DNA from: Octopus vulgaris
Lineage: Eukaryota
Reading direction: 5' to 3'
NCBI GenBank assembly: GCA_951406725.2
Contig: OX597815.1
Span: forward strand, 134,168,001-134,232,000
Length of the DNA stretch: 64,000 nt
A model generated the notes under the pieces. It saw only the letters and a list, made by a program, of their open reading frames with translations, did not search any database and was not told the origin of the DNA. Below, piece after piece: positions 13,198 to 27,652 of this stretch. Position 1 is the first letter of the stretch. Every line of letters starts with the position of its first letter. The position numbers and the translations under genes are program-made.

Positions 13198-14484
13198 TTG
13201 GATCATCCCATAAATAATGTGATTTTTTTTTTCAATTGCATGAACTAAAAGTCAGAGAGGGACAGGATAAACTACCTGCATCAACTTGCTATAAAAGCAG
13301 GTAGTAATTTTACCTTGTCCTTATTTTTCGTGCAAGTTTTGAATGGTACAGTTCGATTTTAACAGTTATTTTTTCAAAGCTATAATGGAAGTGACAAAGG
13401 AGCATATTTAGCATATTTTGCTTTATGAGTTTAATAAAGGCAACAATGCAACAGAAAGTGCAAGGAATATTAATGCAGTATATGGGGATCGGACATTAAG
13501 CGTAAGCCAGTGTCAATGCTGGTTCCAGAAATTCCAAGCCAGAAACTACAGCCTAAAAGGTGAGCCTCACTCTGGAAGATCTGTAGAGCTCAACGAAGAC
13601 ATCCTGCAAACTTCAGTAGAACAAAATCCCATTGTAACTGTTGAGGAACTAGCAGAGAAGCTTGGATTTAGTCGTTCTACCATCATTCAAGTCATTGCTA
13701 GAAGAAAATGACCATCTTTGGTTTCAAAACGAAAGGCGTTCTTCTATCAGGCTGATGCTCTGCACACATACACCGATGATGACATTCCAAAAGCTGGAGC
13801 AGTTTGAATGGGAAATGGTGCTCCACCCACCATATTCACTCTACATTGCCCCATCTGATTATCATTTATTCTGCAGTCTTCAAAATCATTTGGATGGAAA
13901 AAATATGAATCCTGTAGATGAGGTCAGAACAGCATAGACAAGTGAATTTTGGAAGAGGGGCCTTGCAAGTTTACCAGATAATTGGAAGATCATTGTAGAA
14001 AATGAAGGAGAGTATATTTTAGATTTAAAAATGACATTGTTTATTCTTTTATTCTTTTATTTGTTTCAGTCATTTGACAGCAGCCATGCTGGAGCACCGC
14101 CTTGAGTCGAACAAAACGAGCCCAAGACCTATTCTTTGTAAGCCCAGTACTTATCCTATCGATCTCTTTTGCCAAACCACTAAGTTATGGGGATATAAAC
14201 AGACCAACATTGGTTGTCAAGCAGTGGTGGAGGGACAAACACTGATACGCAAACATACACACACACACACACACATATACACGACAGGCTTCTTTCAGTT
14301 TCTGTCCACTCACAAGGCTTTGGTTGGCCTGAGGCTATTGTAGAAATCACTTGCCCAAGGTGCCACGCAGTGGGACTGACCTAGAACCATGTGGTTGGGA
14401 AGCAAGCTTCTTACCATATAGCGATGCCTGCGTGAAAAATAAAAGAAGTATAAAAAAATTCATATTATTTATCAGATGGCCCAA
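13198..14484 (+). mobile_element. Internally deleted mariner with both TIRs, carrying a SINE insertion (about 14050-14430)
   Basis: TA|ttggatcatcccataaataatg matches the reverse complement of catattatttatcagatggcccaa. ATG at 13385; HTH LYEFNKGNNATESARNINAVYG..WFQKF..SGRS; C-terminal HPPYSLYIAPSDYHLF. The WVP and first catalytic D region is missing. Confidence 0.85.
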
Positions 14485-15014
14485 TGCATGAAATATAAAC
14501 ACACACACACACACACACACATACTCACACACACAAATACGTGTATGATAGGTGTACTTGTGGCTGTGTGGTTATGAAGTTTGCTTCCCAATGACGTGAG
14601 TTCGGGTTCAATCCCATTATGTGGTACCTTAGGCATGGGTCTTCTACTATAACCCCAGGCTAACCAAATTCTTGAGACTGGATTTGGTTGACAGAAACTG
14701 AAAGAAACCCATTGTATACATGTGTGTGTGTGATTGTATCTCCTTGTCTTGACATCACAATATACTTTTGTTAAGGAGTTTCACTCTCATATAAGCAGTG
14801 TCATTCATCTCCAATATTATGCAAAAAGGAGAAATAAATGTCTGATCATGGAGAAAATGTTTCCTTGCTTGGAAATAGGTGAAGGTTGGACCAAGGGTGG
14901 AGGGCAGCATTAGCCCATGGAAAATCTGCCTTAAGAAATTCCATTAGACCCTTGCAAGCATAGAAAAGTTATGTTAAAATGATGATGATGGTCATATATA
15001 TTTTATTTTTGTAA

Positions 15015-16250
15015 AGGTGAATGGCTTAGTGGCTAGGGTATTCAGCTTACGATCCTAAGGTCATGAGTTCAATTCCTAGCAATGCATTGTGTCCTTGAGC
15101 AAGACACTTTATTTCATGTTCTCCAGCCCACTCAGCTGGCAAAAATGAGTAGTATCTGTATCTCAAAGGGCCAGCTTTGTCACACTGTGTCATACTGAAT
15201 CTCCCTGAGAACTGCGTTAAGAGTACATGTGTCTGTGGATTGCTCAACCACATGCATGTAAATTTCACAATTCTGTTGATCAGATCAACTAAAACTCTCA
15301 TTGTTGTAACCAACGGAATGTCAGCATATTTTATTTTTTTCTAGGATAGTTTTGGCTGTGTATGCTCTCACTATATATTATAAATACTATTCTGAGACCC
15401 TTTCGGTCACGACACAAACCATGGGATTGCACCTAGAAAGTTACCCTCCCAGGCACAAGTCTGGGCAAGGTTGTTTATGGAAGACCAGCAATCGCCCATG
15501 CATACCGGCCTCCCCTCTCCACGCCACCAGTGTTATCCAAGGGAAGGGCAAGGGCCGACACAGCTTGGCACCTGTGATGTCGCAACTCATTTCTACAGCT
15601 GAGTGAACTGGAGCAATGTGAAATAAAGAACACAACACGCAGCCCGGTCCGGGATTCGAGCTCACAACCTCACGATTGTAAGCTCGATGCTCTAACCACT
15701 GAGCCATGCACCTTCACTATATGCTATATAAATTACAAATGTTATATATCACGTGGAGGCACATGGCTTAGTGGTTAGGGTGTCAGCATCATGATCGTAA
15801 GATTGTGGTTTCAATTCCTGGACCAGACGACGCGATGTGTTCTTGAGCAAAACACTTTATTTCATGTTGCTCCAGTCCACTCAGCTGGCAAAAATGAGTA
15901 ATGTTGCGATGGACAGGCATCCCATCCAGCTGGGGAACACATATGCCATTGAAACTGGGAAACTGGGCCCATGAGCCTGGCTAGGCTTTAAAAGGGCGAA
16001 AGTGGAAGTGCGTGGCTTAGTGGTTAGGGTGTCAGCATCATGCTCGTAAGTTTGTGGTTTCGATTCCTGGACTGGGCAACGCGTTGTGTTCTTGAGCAAA
16101 ACACTTTATTTCATGTTGCTCCAGTCCACTCAGCTGGCAAAAATGAGTAATGCTGCGTTGGACTGACGTCCTGTCCAGCTGGGGAACACATACACCATTG
16201 AAACTGGGAAACCGGGCCCATGAGCCTGGCTAGGCTTTAAAAGGGCGCAT
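15015..16250. mobile_element. Cluster of four tRNA-derived SINEs (family C, core tgtgttcttgagcaaaacactttatttca..ctccagtccactcagctg)
   Basis: About 15015-15320(+), 15395-15715(-), and a head-to-tail dimer at 15755-16000(+) and 16003-16250(+). A box tggcttagtggttag and B box gtttcgattcc. Confidence 0.8.
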
Positions 16251-16805
16251 TTATTATTTTTTTTATTATATATCACAGTCTGTCAAACCTTTTCCTTGTA
16301 AAAGTAAAATATATATCTCTATACTGTAAGCTAATGAATGGTCCTGCAATTTTATGTCTGACTATTTTTATTTGTAACTGCTTATAGAAACAAACATGCG
16401 GGTGTATGTGTGTTGTGTGTAATGATTGTTTATAAAATGTACACAGCTTCCTATATTTTATTTACATCTATTGCAATTGACTACAATGCATGATGCCAAC
16501 ACACAAAAATTGGGGTGATGTGTAACAGCTGGTGTCTATCAACAACAACTCAATAAGTGGATATCAACACTTTCGAAAATAAGTGGATATCTGTTAAAAC
16601 ATCTGGAAACCATATTACTTTGTTTCTGCGTCTTATCAATATGAAAACAAATAACATCTGATAATTTAGCATGATTCACATCCCTCTGTTTTTAGATATT
16701 ATTGGCTTACAGAAAATAAAGTAATCAAGTACAATTAAATTGCTAGCAAATTCTCTCATTAGGTGGTTATATTGTCTTAGTAAGATTATACTGATTTCTT
16801 TAGAG

Positions 16806-16841
<36 letters not shown>

Positions 16842-17594
16842 CTCACATATATATAGAGTGTGAGTATGTATATGTATATATGTATTATGTATATATATAT
16901 ATATATATAACACACACACACATACACTATGATTCACTCTCTGATTGTTATTGGGTGTTTTATTTTTGGATGTGTACCCACCCCACTTCATATTCAAATG
17001 TTATTAATGTTATTTTAGAAATAAAGGTTCCAGCAATAATCTAGTCTGTACAGAAGTGATCAGATAACAATCTGATCAAACTTATATAAATACACATCTT
17101 GTAAAATACACACCCTCATGATGAAGTTAGATATCTCTGAAAATAACATACTGTATTAACAACTTCTCCTGGGCTTTTAAAGATATGATCTTTTCTGTTT
17201 TTGAATTTCAGAAATTTCTGATAACTTTTAAGAAACATAAATCCTAAAAATGATGCATACTGAAAGAAATTATGACAATCAGAATGATCTCAAATTTCAA
17301 CAGCTACTGATTGATGCTCTCTGAGAACAGATGATCTATTGTATGTGTGCTGAATCACAAGCAGTCTCTTGTGGTTGTCTTCACTTAAAAGAATCTAGTA
17401 GAAGTAAGTATCCTTGAACTTTTTATCATACTTTTATAGCAGATATATGGCTGAACAAGTTTTAATAGAAGTGCATTTGTATTAATTGAAAGCAAACCTA
17501 ATTTGTAACAATTCTTTTTTTTTTTACATTTATTTGACTGTGAACACATGAAGCATTTTCTTCACTTCTTCTCCTGTACTGCATCGTTCTAGAA

Positions 17595-17740
17595 TAGTCA
17601 TGGGCAACCTTCGGCCTCCAAGACTTATTGAATGGCATACTTAATGAAAAATAAACCTTAAAATTTTTAAGTAGTATGGCTCACCTAATTATGAACTATG
17701 TCTCATGTAATCCATTTCTTAAAAAGGTTGCCCATGCCTG
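17595..17740. mobile_element. hAT-type MITE
   Basis: TIR tagtcatgggcaacct / aggttgcccatgcctg; 8-bp TSD ttctagaa / ttatagaa. Confidence 0.7.
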
Positions 17741-18136
17741 TTATAGAATTTTCCTCAGCCATTCACACAACAATTTATTTTGTAACTTAAATGCACTAAT
17801 CTCACAAGAATTACTTGTTAGTTTAAATAAATGTAAAAATGGTATGGTCAAGGCCTATTCTTTGCAGCTTATCTAATAAGTAAGAGGAGTATAGTAATTA
17901 ACCTGTTATAGATGCAAGGTTGAAGTACATGGATGCTTCTGTTTGTTATCAGTGTTTCCAATAATATTCTGCTCATGTTGATCAAACTACCATGATAGCC
18001 AGAGTGCAACCAGTCAAAGAAATCATGTCAAAGCAGACACTGGAACACAATGCAATCCTTGAACCCATCAGATCCTCTCACTGTCCAGCCTATGCCAGCA
18101 TGGAACATGGATGTTAAGTGATGATGGTAATAATGG

Positions 18137-18172
<36 letters not shown>

Positions 18173-21100
18173 CTCCAGTTTAAGTCATCCATTTAGTCAT
18201 TTTAGTTCTCATTTTAGCTGATATTGTTTTTGTCATTCCAAGTTCACTAAGCAACTGGTGTTTCAAGCTGTAATAATTTAATAGACCTATTTAAGTATTA
18301 CAGTTATTAAATAGCTTTAATGATAATGCATAAGCAAGCTAGCATGCCAGGATGCTTCTATGCACTTGTTAGATTTTCCTTTTAATTATTTTAAAATCAA
18401 CACCATGTTAAAATTAATTATGGCTGTTTGTCTAACAAAATAAAGATGGAATGACTGTACCTGGAGCAATAAGTAAATTATTCAGGCTATGTTTTTTTTT
18501 TTGAAATCTTTTTATTGAAACTTAACAAATTATCACCTAACTGTACTTCACAAAACACACATTAATTCTGGATATTTTTAGGAAGCCTTATCTTCAGTAT
18601 GATTGTATAGAAGATATTAAAACCTACTTTCTCTTGTCATTGTCAATGGCTGTCTCATTGCCAACCTACTTAAGTCATTCTACATTTGCTAATTACAAAA
18701 GGATAGGTTCTGAATTACTAAATACTACTTATGGTTCCTTGGTTGTAATGGTCTTCTGGAGATTGCATTACTTTGAAAGTTGAATGCTCAGATTAGTTAT
18801 TGTAAGTTTTATCTCCTGCACCTCCCCCCATATTCATTACTCTTATTTAATTTATCATTGTTGTTCATGAAGTAAGCTCAGTAACTTGTCTAGTCGTATA
18901 TAATATTAGATTTGGATAGTTCTTTTTATTAACCACCAAAATATCTGATTCTAGATTAAGCATATGGTGAATTGGTGGTCTGAAAGAGATCAGTATAGAA
19001 AAAGTATGTACATTCTTTGTTTCATTTGTTTCAAATGAGGGCAATTAGTTAATTCTTTAAAACAAACTGTTTGTTACCTTAATCTGAAGTAACTTTGGAG
19101 TTTTAAACATTAGAGAGAATATGTGTGCTTAACAACTGAGAAATTATAATTTTGGTTTTATCACAATGTTTATATAACACACTACAGGTAATATGAATTA
19201 AATTTTATGTAAAAAAAGTATTTGTAAGTTTGCTCTAAAACAATTTTGGAATTATAACCTAGTAAAGTTCATGAAGAATGTAATTTTTCTTGTACTCTGA
19301 TTGCAAAATTTATACCTCCAAATTTATACCATTCAAACTGTCAACTGACACACACTCACACACACATGTGCATACATGCACGTGTGTGTGCGTGGGAGTT
19401 GTGTGTTGTCATCATCATTTAATGTCTATGATTAGCCCTTGTGCAACTGGTCCTCCGCAAATCTGCCCTATCAACTGTCTACAATCCGGTCAGTGCTGAC
19501 TGGTAGCAAAACAGCTATCACATCCAAAGAAGGCAGCATGGATACAAATAATAGCATACATAATACCCACAAATGTTGGCTGGCTGGTTGGTTGATTTCT
19601 CCAATCACACCTCACATTGTACAGATAGAGGCAGAGAGAAAGAGAGTGATACAGAAAGAATTAACATAAAAGGCACAGGATGAATGTACATACTAGGCCT
19701 GGTGGTAGATAATGAGTGAAGGAATTCTCTTTCTGTCTCTGTCTCACACACACATACACACACACACAGAGTAAGAAAGAAAGAATCATAGAAAGGTGAA
19801 GGAGAGTAGTGATAGGGAAAGTTATACAAATGAGTAATTTGTTTTATCTAATTTTATCTTAGAGTTATGCATATTTCTCTTTTGAAAAGTAAGCACCAAG
19901 AAATTCGATAAAAGTTAAATTATAACTATTGTACATCATATTCCCTCATGTTACACATGGTAGCAAAAGTATACTTTCAAAGTTGCTTGTTGTATGATGA
20001 ATAAGACACTAGTTTATACATAATATATAATTAACAGTCCATGGTGTTCTGATTGCATTAAATCTAATGAGAATCATCTTGTTCAAAATTATGATTGTTT
20101 GGCTATTATACTCATGTTCTCTCTCGGAATTAAAGCTCCTAATTATTTTTTTATGGAGGTTAGAAATATATTGTTTTATAGAATTAATTCCTATTCCCAT
20201 GAGGTTAAGTAGTTCTCTTTCATTACAACAAAATTGTTTTTGGATCAATACTAGAAATGTTTTCTTAAATAAAAGAATTAATTTGTCAAGTAATTTTTTT
20301 AATAAGCATTTAGGGATTATTATTTTAAGAAACGTGTATAATTTTTTGATTATTAGTTTCCGTTTATGATCTACTTATAAGAACATAAGCTCAACATTAA
20401 ACTGTAGCTGTGCACTTGCAACCATGTCTTCAAAGCAGCTGTGTCTTGTTTCTTTGAAGCTGACTCAATATGAAATTGTTGAATTTTCGCTGATTTTTTT
20501 TTTCCTATGCTTTTATTACTTAGGGCATGTACTTCCTGATGACACAGTTATATGTAAATAAACCCATTGTACTCGTTTTACTTTGGACATGTTATCCTGA
20601 AACTTTAGTTCTGAAGTATGCAGTTCATATTTTAAAAACAATTGAGGAGTGTTTTCAGAGATATTGCACTGTTTGACACACCAGGCACACTTCCAATGAA
20701 TCCCAAGGATTTAAAATATACAAGTTCAGGTAGAGAAATAGGAAGGGAAATTGCTGTGTAGATAAGCTATTGAACTACCAGTTCAAATCTGTAACATTTT
20801 GTTGTGTAGAAATAGACTGGTGAAATACATTTAATTGTTCAGTTTGAATATCTGTGGCAGGAATAAATAATGAGATCACGTACACATGTTATCTGAATTA
20901 GATTCATATCCTGAATCTTTTCTCTGATTAACATTATAAAACCAATGTTAAGCACTAAACTAGCTGTAAAAGAAATTTACTGCCAGTAGGTCCTTGGGTG
21001 TACTGGAAGTAGTTAATGCCTTTTGCAGCTAAAATATCTAGAATGTTAATTTTGATGTGTGAATGAATGTATATTTTTTGTTTTCTTCTGTTATTTCAAT

Positions 21101-23241
21101 TTTATCTTGCTACCAAATCTTTTCAGCTAGTTCTAAATTTTAAGAAGTTAAATGCATGAACATCATGCTCTTGTTTTAATTTTATTTGTTAAAACATTCC
21201 CTACTTCAGGCATCAAACCACGAACTTGAAAGGGAGGAGTGCAATCAATCAAAGTTGAGCTTTTCTATATTACTGAATCTCATTTGTCTAGAATGTGTGA
21301 TCTGTTTGGTTTCACATTATTTTTCTCTAGCTTAGGATTACCTATACTGTCATTATATTAACAACCACTTATATAATATGTAATTTACACTAAGGTAGTG
21401 AACTGGCAGATTTGTTAGAGCATCAGAAAAATGACTTGTTTTATTTCTTCTGGCTCTTTATATCCTGAGTTCAAATCCAACTGATTTGGGCACCACCAGA
21501 CTATCCAACACATGCTGGCATAACAAGCAGATTGACCCACCCATCACTGGATCCATCTACTAAACCCATCCCATCACCATTACCATTTTGTCTTCCTTCT
21601 CCTTCATAAACTCCTGATATTACACTTCCTCTTTCCCTCACCCTTGACTCCAATGCTGTTCCCTCTCTTATTCTCCCCATCCTCTCACAACATTAAATCT
21701 GCTTCATCTATCATGGAGGCTCTCTTTCACCTTGCAAACTACGAGGTGATCCCACTAGCACTGGTGTCACAAACAGCATCCAGTACACTCTTTAATTGGT
21801 TGGTAAATTGAATCTAACATCACCAATTTAAGGCTTGAGAGGGCTCTTTAGTCTTGCCGATAGCAAAGTAAACTCTATCATGCTGGTGTCATCACAAATG
21901 CACCCAATACATTCTGTGAAGTTTTTAGTGTTAGGAAGCACACAAGCCTTAGAAACTATACCAAAACAGAGACATTGGAGCTATACATTTTACTGGGATT
22001 TACTGAATCCTGTTGAACTGTGTAACTCTTATCAGCATGGAAAACAGACATAATGGGATGATAATGATGTCCATCAACAAAATCTACTTTGCCTGTTATT
22101 GATATAAATATGAAATATCTTGACTATCTGACATGCTGTATATCATGCAGTAGTTGCTGCACAGCAAAGTTTACTTCATATTATTAGATCTTTAGAAGTA
22201 TTACAGAGTAGTTACTTCCAGCCATTTTATTGACTACTTTGTCAGTGTCAGAGTTGACCAACAGAATATTCAACAACAACATGTCTGTAAGCTTGTAATT
22301 GTTTTTGTTTAACTCCAAATGAGCTCTGAATATGCAGATGTACAATCAAAGCATATCAGTCATTCCTGTCTTCTCTTAATTTTGTTATCCAGTGTATCCT
22401 TCCTATTTCAAGCCAGTAAAGTATGTTTCACGATGAGGCTAAAGTCTCCCTTGGTTTTGCTACTGAATCATGTCTACCATTGTACAATATAATTTTGTGT
22501 GTTCACTCATGGATGTAGCAAAAGAAACAAACTTTAAAATTACAGTGAGACTTTATTATTTTTGTAAAATGGTACAGTGGATCGAGCAAGAAACATTACA
22601 ACTTTTGGTGGTTATAGTCACCCACCATTTGGATAATTCAGCCTGGGTTGTCGTTGATTACATGTGCTCTGTTATATTAATTTTTCTCTGGTGAAAAACA
22701 GCAGGAAACCAGCAAAACTCACACCCCTCTGCTTGTAAACAATCTGTTGCACCAAATTATGGGAAAAGGTAGGCTCCAGAGCACATGCCAATTAGTTTGA
22801 GAATGTATTACATGCAACATGATTGGACCATCAATCCAAATCCCATGCAATACTCAACCAATCACAACACAAGACTCAACCAATGTTCAAAACTTGGCAT
22901 GATAGTTAAATCAACCATCATTCCATATTAACATGCTGTGCCTATAAAAGCTTGATTGTTTTGAATATGCCGTAACAGAAATTGGTCTTGCTACATATGA
23001 TTTGTGGGAGATTTGGCTGCTACTTCTAGCAGGTTTAGCAACCATGTAGAGGTCCCTCATCACTATAATAAATTAGTTTTTAATTTTAAGTAATTTGCCT
23101 CATCATAAAATATTTGCATTTGTGGTATAAAAGATGGGAAAGGTCTCTTACCTCGAGCTGGAAAATGACTCCAAAAAGGAAAATTCCTTAAGTTCTGAGT
23201 GGAACTTGTTGTCCAGCCCTGAGACATTCTATTCTCTACCT

Positions 23242-23500
23242 TAGTGATTCTCAACCATTTTTTACCTACGGTCCCCTTTGATCTGTCTTTTACTCAAGTG
23301 GATCCCCTTGGCCATCCAATGTTAAAAAAAATCTTAATTTATATTTATAATTAAATATTATTGGGAACTGTAGAAAGAATTGGTACACTATTTTGTGCAT
23401 TGTAGAAGCATTACCAATTTGTTGCACACAAATTTAAATGACAAATTCTTACATAGACCCCCGCCCCCCGGGTCATATGGACCCCAGTTGAGAACCACTG
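23242..23500. mobile_element. hAT (Charlie-like) MITE
   Basis: TIR tagtgattctcaac / gttgagaaccactg; TSD not recognisable. Confidence 0.55.
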
Positions 23501-23885
23501 ATGTTCATGCTGGCTAGGAGATAGAATTTCTGAGGATCCCTTGATCACAAGTGTCTGTTCTCTGCCAAGAGTAAAAGTGGATGCCACAGAGAAAGAGAGG
23601 ATGTTCAAATCACTTGTTTTGTTACCTAACATCATTTCCTCTTATCACTCATTAATGTCCGCTTCCTCTTATCACCCACTAATGTTCCCTTCCTTTCATC
23701 CTCCACTAGTGTTCTCTTATCACCTGCTAATGTCCCCTTTCATTTGCAGCACATCACCTACTATGCTACAACACCAATATAAATCTTTTATTTTTCCTTT
23801 ACTTTTTTCTTTAGCCAATTATCTTTTAATTGTTAATTATCTTTTAATGAGACTCCTTTTTCCTTTTCTATTTCAGCCGATCACA

Positions 23886-24066
23886 ATGGCTGGTCTTTGG
23901 ACACGAATGAAGACATGGTCCATTCTCCATTTTCTGTTTTGTTACATTCTTTTAGTCAGTGGCTTTATCACATGCTTCCTGATGTCACTAACCTTAGTTC
24001 TCTGGCCTCTTAATAAAGATCTCTATCGCAAAGTCAACAGCTATTTAGCATACCTGTGGTGGTGTC
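23886..24066 (+). CDS. AGPAT4: 1-acyl-sn-glycerol-3-phosphate acyltransferase (AGPAT3/4-like, LPAAT gamma/delta), coding exon 1
   Basis: Acceptor tttcag|ccga at 23876/77; ATG 23886; MAGLWTRMKTWSILHFLFCYILLVSGFIT..LWPLNKDLYRKVNSYLAYLWWC; donor gtaagt at 24067 (phase 1). Confidence 0.9.
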
Positions 24067-25004
24067 GTAAGTAAAATTAAACTTTCATTTTTGATTCTAT
24101 ATTATAAATGAGATACCATATTTTCCAGTATGCAAGTTAACATAGTATATATAGTGTAAACATGTAATGTAAACACACAAACTTTGTTACTATCTTTCCA
24201 AATATTGTTGCTTTTCACATGGAATATATTTGGTTCCAAAGTTGTCTTGATGTCTAAGTTGACAATAAATTATGGTCTGACTACAAGTCAGGCTGGAAAA
24301 TTTGGTAGATATATTATTTGATGTTAAAAATCTTAATGTTAACTGCCCAATCCATCCCTACAAAACTGGTTTCCTTTTTTTTTTTTAAACCTGCTACGGA
24401 TTGTGTTGCTAGGTAAACATAAATGTCAGTACTGTATTTATATTATGACAGAAACTATTGCAATAAATACCACAAAAATTGTGCCCTTTCTGCATTCTTG
24501 TTTCTTAAATATAAACTATTTTTAATTTGACCTTTTTTTTATGAAATTTATTTATTTAAAAAGTGAAACATTTTATTTATCTACTTACTGCTAAATGGTT
24601 CTGTGGAATGTATCTTGGATAAGCTTAATACATAAAAGTGAATGCATGTAATGTTTGTTTCTATGTGTGTGGTTATATGTATGTATGTATGTGTGTGGGG
24701 GTGTGGATGGATGCATGCTCCAAGTTGTAGGCTGTAGTTTTGCAAAGGTTATGGACAATTCCTTCTTCCAGATACAGCAGGTTAAAAAAATAAAAAAAGA
24801 AGTATTCCAGTTAGTGGTATAGGCAGAGTGTATACTATCCAGACTCAAAGGCGCCACCTGCATGAAAATGTCTCTTAATTTTGTTACAGACCTCTGTCAG
24901 CATTCATTGCAAGTCACCTTGTATATTTTCTCATGATGGCAGTGACCAGAGGATCCTATGAACCAAGTGTATACATGTACTACACAGACACACAGACACA
25001 CATG

Positions 25005-25070
<66 letters not shown>

Positions 25071-25242
25071 TGTGACAGCTAAGGGAGAATAGCTTGATGG
25101 AGAATAATTTTTCTAATGTAATATTTTAATTATTCCTTTACATATTCTATCCATTAAAACTACCTCTATTTTTTATTAATTTCCCCCATCTTTCCATTCC
25201 TTATAATCTGCTGCAATTCATATGTGTATCCTTCATTTTCAG

Positions 25243-25412
25243 AGTTTACATTCCTTGGACAATGGTGGTCTGGAACCGAATGTGTACTATACATTGAACC
25301 TTCAGATTTACAATATATCGGCAAGGAACATGCTTTAGTGATCATGAACCACAAGTATGATATAGATTGGCTCATGGGATGGATACTTACCGAGCGTTTT
25401 GGAATGCTTGGG
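25243..25412 (+). CDS. AGPAT4: AGPAT3/4-like exon 2
   Basis: QFTFLGQWWSGTEC..GKEHALVIMNHKYDIDWLMGW..ERFGMLG, containing catalytic motif I NHxxxxD; ag/gt boundaries. Confidence 0.95.
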
Positions 25413-26758
25413 GTAAGAATGTGATGTACAAAACTCAATTTTTTTTTCTGTCTTTGTCTTGAAATTTGTTAGTAGCATCATTAAATTAAGTGAATGGAAT
25501 TCGTTTTACTTTAAAATTCATTGGAAAGTTTATTATTTGTCAAGTTTATTTTGGCATAGTTTCTACAGCTGGATGCCCTTCTTAATGCCAACCACTTTAC
25601 AGAGTGTACTGGATGCCTTTTATGTGACACTAGCACCAGTGCCTTTTATATGGCACCAGCACCAGTGCTTTTTTGTGGCACCAGCATTTACAGGGTCACC
25701 AAGTAACTTACAAGACAAAGACGTCTTCAACTGGAAAGACAAAGTAGTAGGGAGTGGGAGGGGATTTATGCCAGTTGATGGGATATTAGTGGTATAGAGA
25801 GACAGGGATAGGTGTCCTACTGTAGAGTAAATACAAGAATATTCCAGTTGAAAAAGAGAGGAGGATGAGTTAGAGAGTAAAATAAAGAGCATAGGTGAAA
25901 CAGAAAGTAAGAAAAAGAGAGTGATAGTGAAAGAGATGGTCGTGAAAATGTGTTGGGACATACCCAGGGACATTGGAGGTGGGGTGATACAGACTTTATG
26001 ACTGTATGTGTTGGCAAATTAGAGGTGACTGAGGCCAATGAGGGAGTGAGATACAGCAGAAGGGTTGTGGTAGGTATTCAAAAGTATTGAGGGTGATAGC
26101 TAATAAGTGAGGTGTTAGTGATGGCAAACAGCATGGGGGAGAAGGCACAGAAAGGAGGTGAGTGACTGGTGGAGACAGCAGGCAGCAGAAGATAAAGTAA
26201 AAAGTGGTAACTGAGACAGAAGGGGGATGTAGTATGTGCCTATTCTGCTTTCAGGTGATTGAGAAGTGATGGATATTAGGGGGAGGATTGCTGATGGGGT
26301 GAAGAGGATACATGTTGGCATGAGGTAGAGCTCCTCACAGGCAAGCATTAACCAAGGTGGTTTAGGATATCACTTCTGCTATGGTTGACAGGTTTTCTTG
26401 AATGTCCAGGTTCTTTGTCATCTCCTTTGCAAGGCTCAATGTCTTGAGATTGGTCTTCAATATTTCAATATGTGTGTGTGTGTGTGTATGCATGCATATA
26501 TATGTGTGTCTGACTATATATATATATGTATGTATATATAGATGTGTGTGTATATGTATATATAAGAGTCTGTATGGAAAGAAGTTGTTCTTTCCTATGT
26601 ATATATTATGCAAGTGTACAACAGTTTAGCACTATATCGATTAATGATACTGGAAAATTCTACATGTGTATATATACTAGTGTTTATTGTTGGTTCTTCT
26701 TCAATATTAGTACCTTATACTTCTGAAATTCCAGTTGCTGCTATAGAGATTTCCATCA

Positions 26759-27108
26759 TCTCTCTATATATAAACGGCAGTTTGTCTGTGCGTTTTCTGT
26801 GTGTCTGTTTTCTCGTACCCTCACTCTGACCACGGCTTTCAACCGATTCTGATGAAACTTGACACACACATAGCCCAATGTCATAATTCAAAACTAACGC
26901 AGCGAAAATTTTGAAAAGTTCCCCCAGTTCTGAAAAAATCGATAAATTCGACATGGGGTCGAGAATCAGAAACCCAAACCACAGACCGTCAAAAAAAATT
27001 TACCATCATTTTTTTCCCATTTTTTTGCTATTTTTTGGCTATAACTCTCTAAATTGCTTTATAGTTATTTCCCTTACAAACCTGAGCAACGCCGGGCGAT
27101 ACTGCTAG
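26759..27108 (+). mobile_element. Non-autonomous Helitron
   Basis: A|TCTCTCTATATATAAACGGCAG 5' end; GC hairpin cctgagcaacgccggg at 27081-27096; CTAG|T at 27105-27109; no TSD. Confidence 0.85.
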
Positions 27109-27276
27109 TTTTTGATATAGGAGAAAATGTTTAACAATACAAAGAAAACGGAGAATACATACACAGAATAATCATTTCATTTATTATCATAGCCCAGTCA
27201 AATTAATGAGTTCATTCATATTTCCTACGCTGTGTTTCAGTTGATTGTTCTTATCTATATTTACACATTTAAAGAA

Positions 27277-27280
<4 letters not shown>

Positions 27281-27366
<86 letters not shown>

Positions 27367-27415
27367 ATATATATATAAAAAAAAATATATATATATATAT
27401 ATATAACATATATAT
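27281..27415. repeat. (TA)n microsatellite (others at about 34120-34328 and 52910-52984; (CA/TG)n at about 25010-25068, 28565-28614 and 39538-39610)
   Basis: Directly visible. Confidence 0.95.
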
Positions 27416-27615
27416 AAAAGACAAAGTATAAATAATGGTCATTACGTATTTTGCCTTTATTGCAGTAAATTTGGCTTACAGCTGTTTCCAGTAGTCTATA
27501 TATATATATGTGTGTGTGTGTATATATAGAGACACATTTAAACCATAATTGTTAGTTCAATAATTTATGTTGTTTCACCTATGGTTCTACATGTATGTAT
27601 GTACATGTATACACT

Positions 27616-27650
<35 letters not shown>

Positions 27651-27652
<2 letters not shown>

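Noticed and set aside
15755-15830. tRNA genes at SINE heads (also 32506 and 36383)
   Set aside because: A and B boxes are present, but there is no complete cloverleaf and they continue into repeat bodies.
20009-20369. Possible Penelope linker remnant (KQYISNLHKKIIRSF)
   Set aside because: Too degenerate and AT-rich to support without a search.
23541-23885. N-terminal extension of the 177-aa ORF upstream of MAGLW
   Set aside because: Low-complexity intron sequence ending in a polypyrimidine tract and acceptor; family homology begins at ATG 23886.
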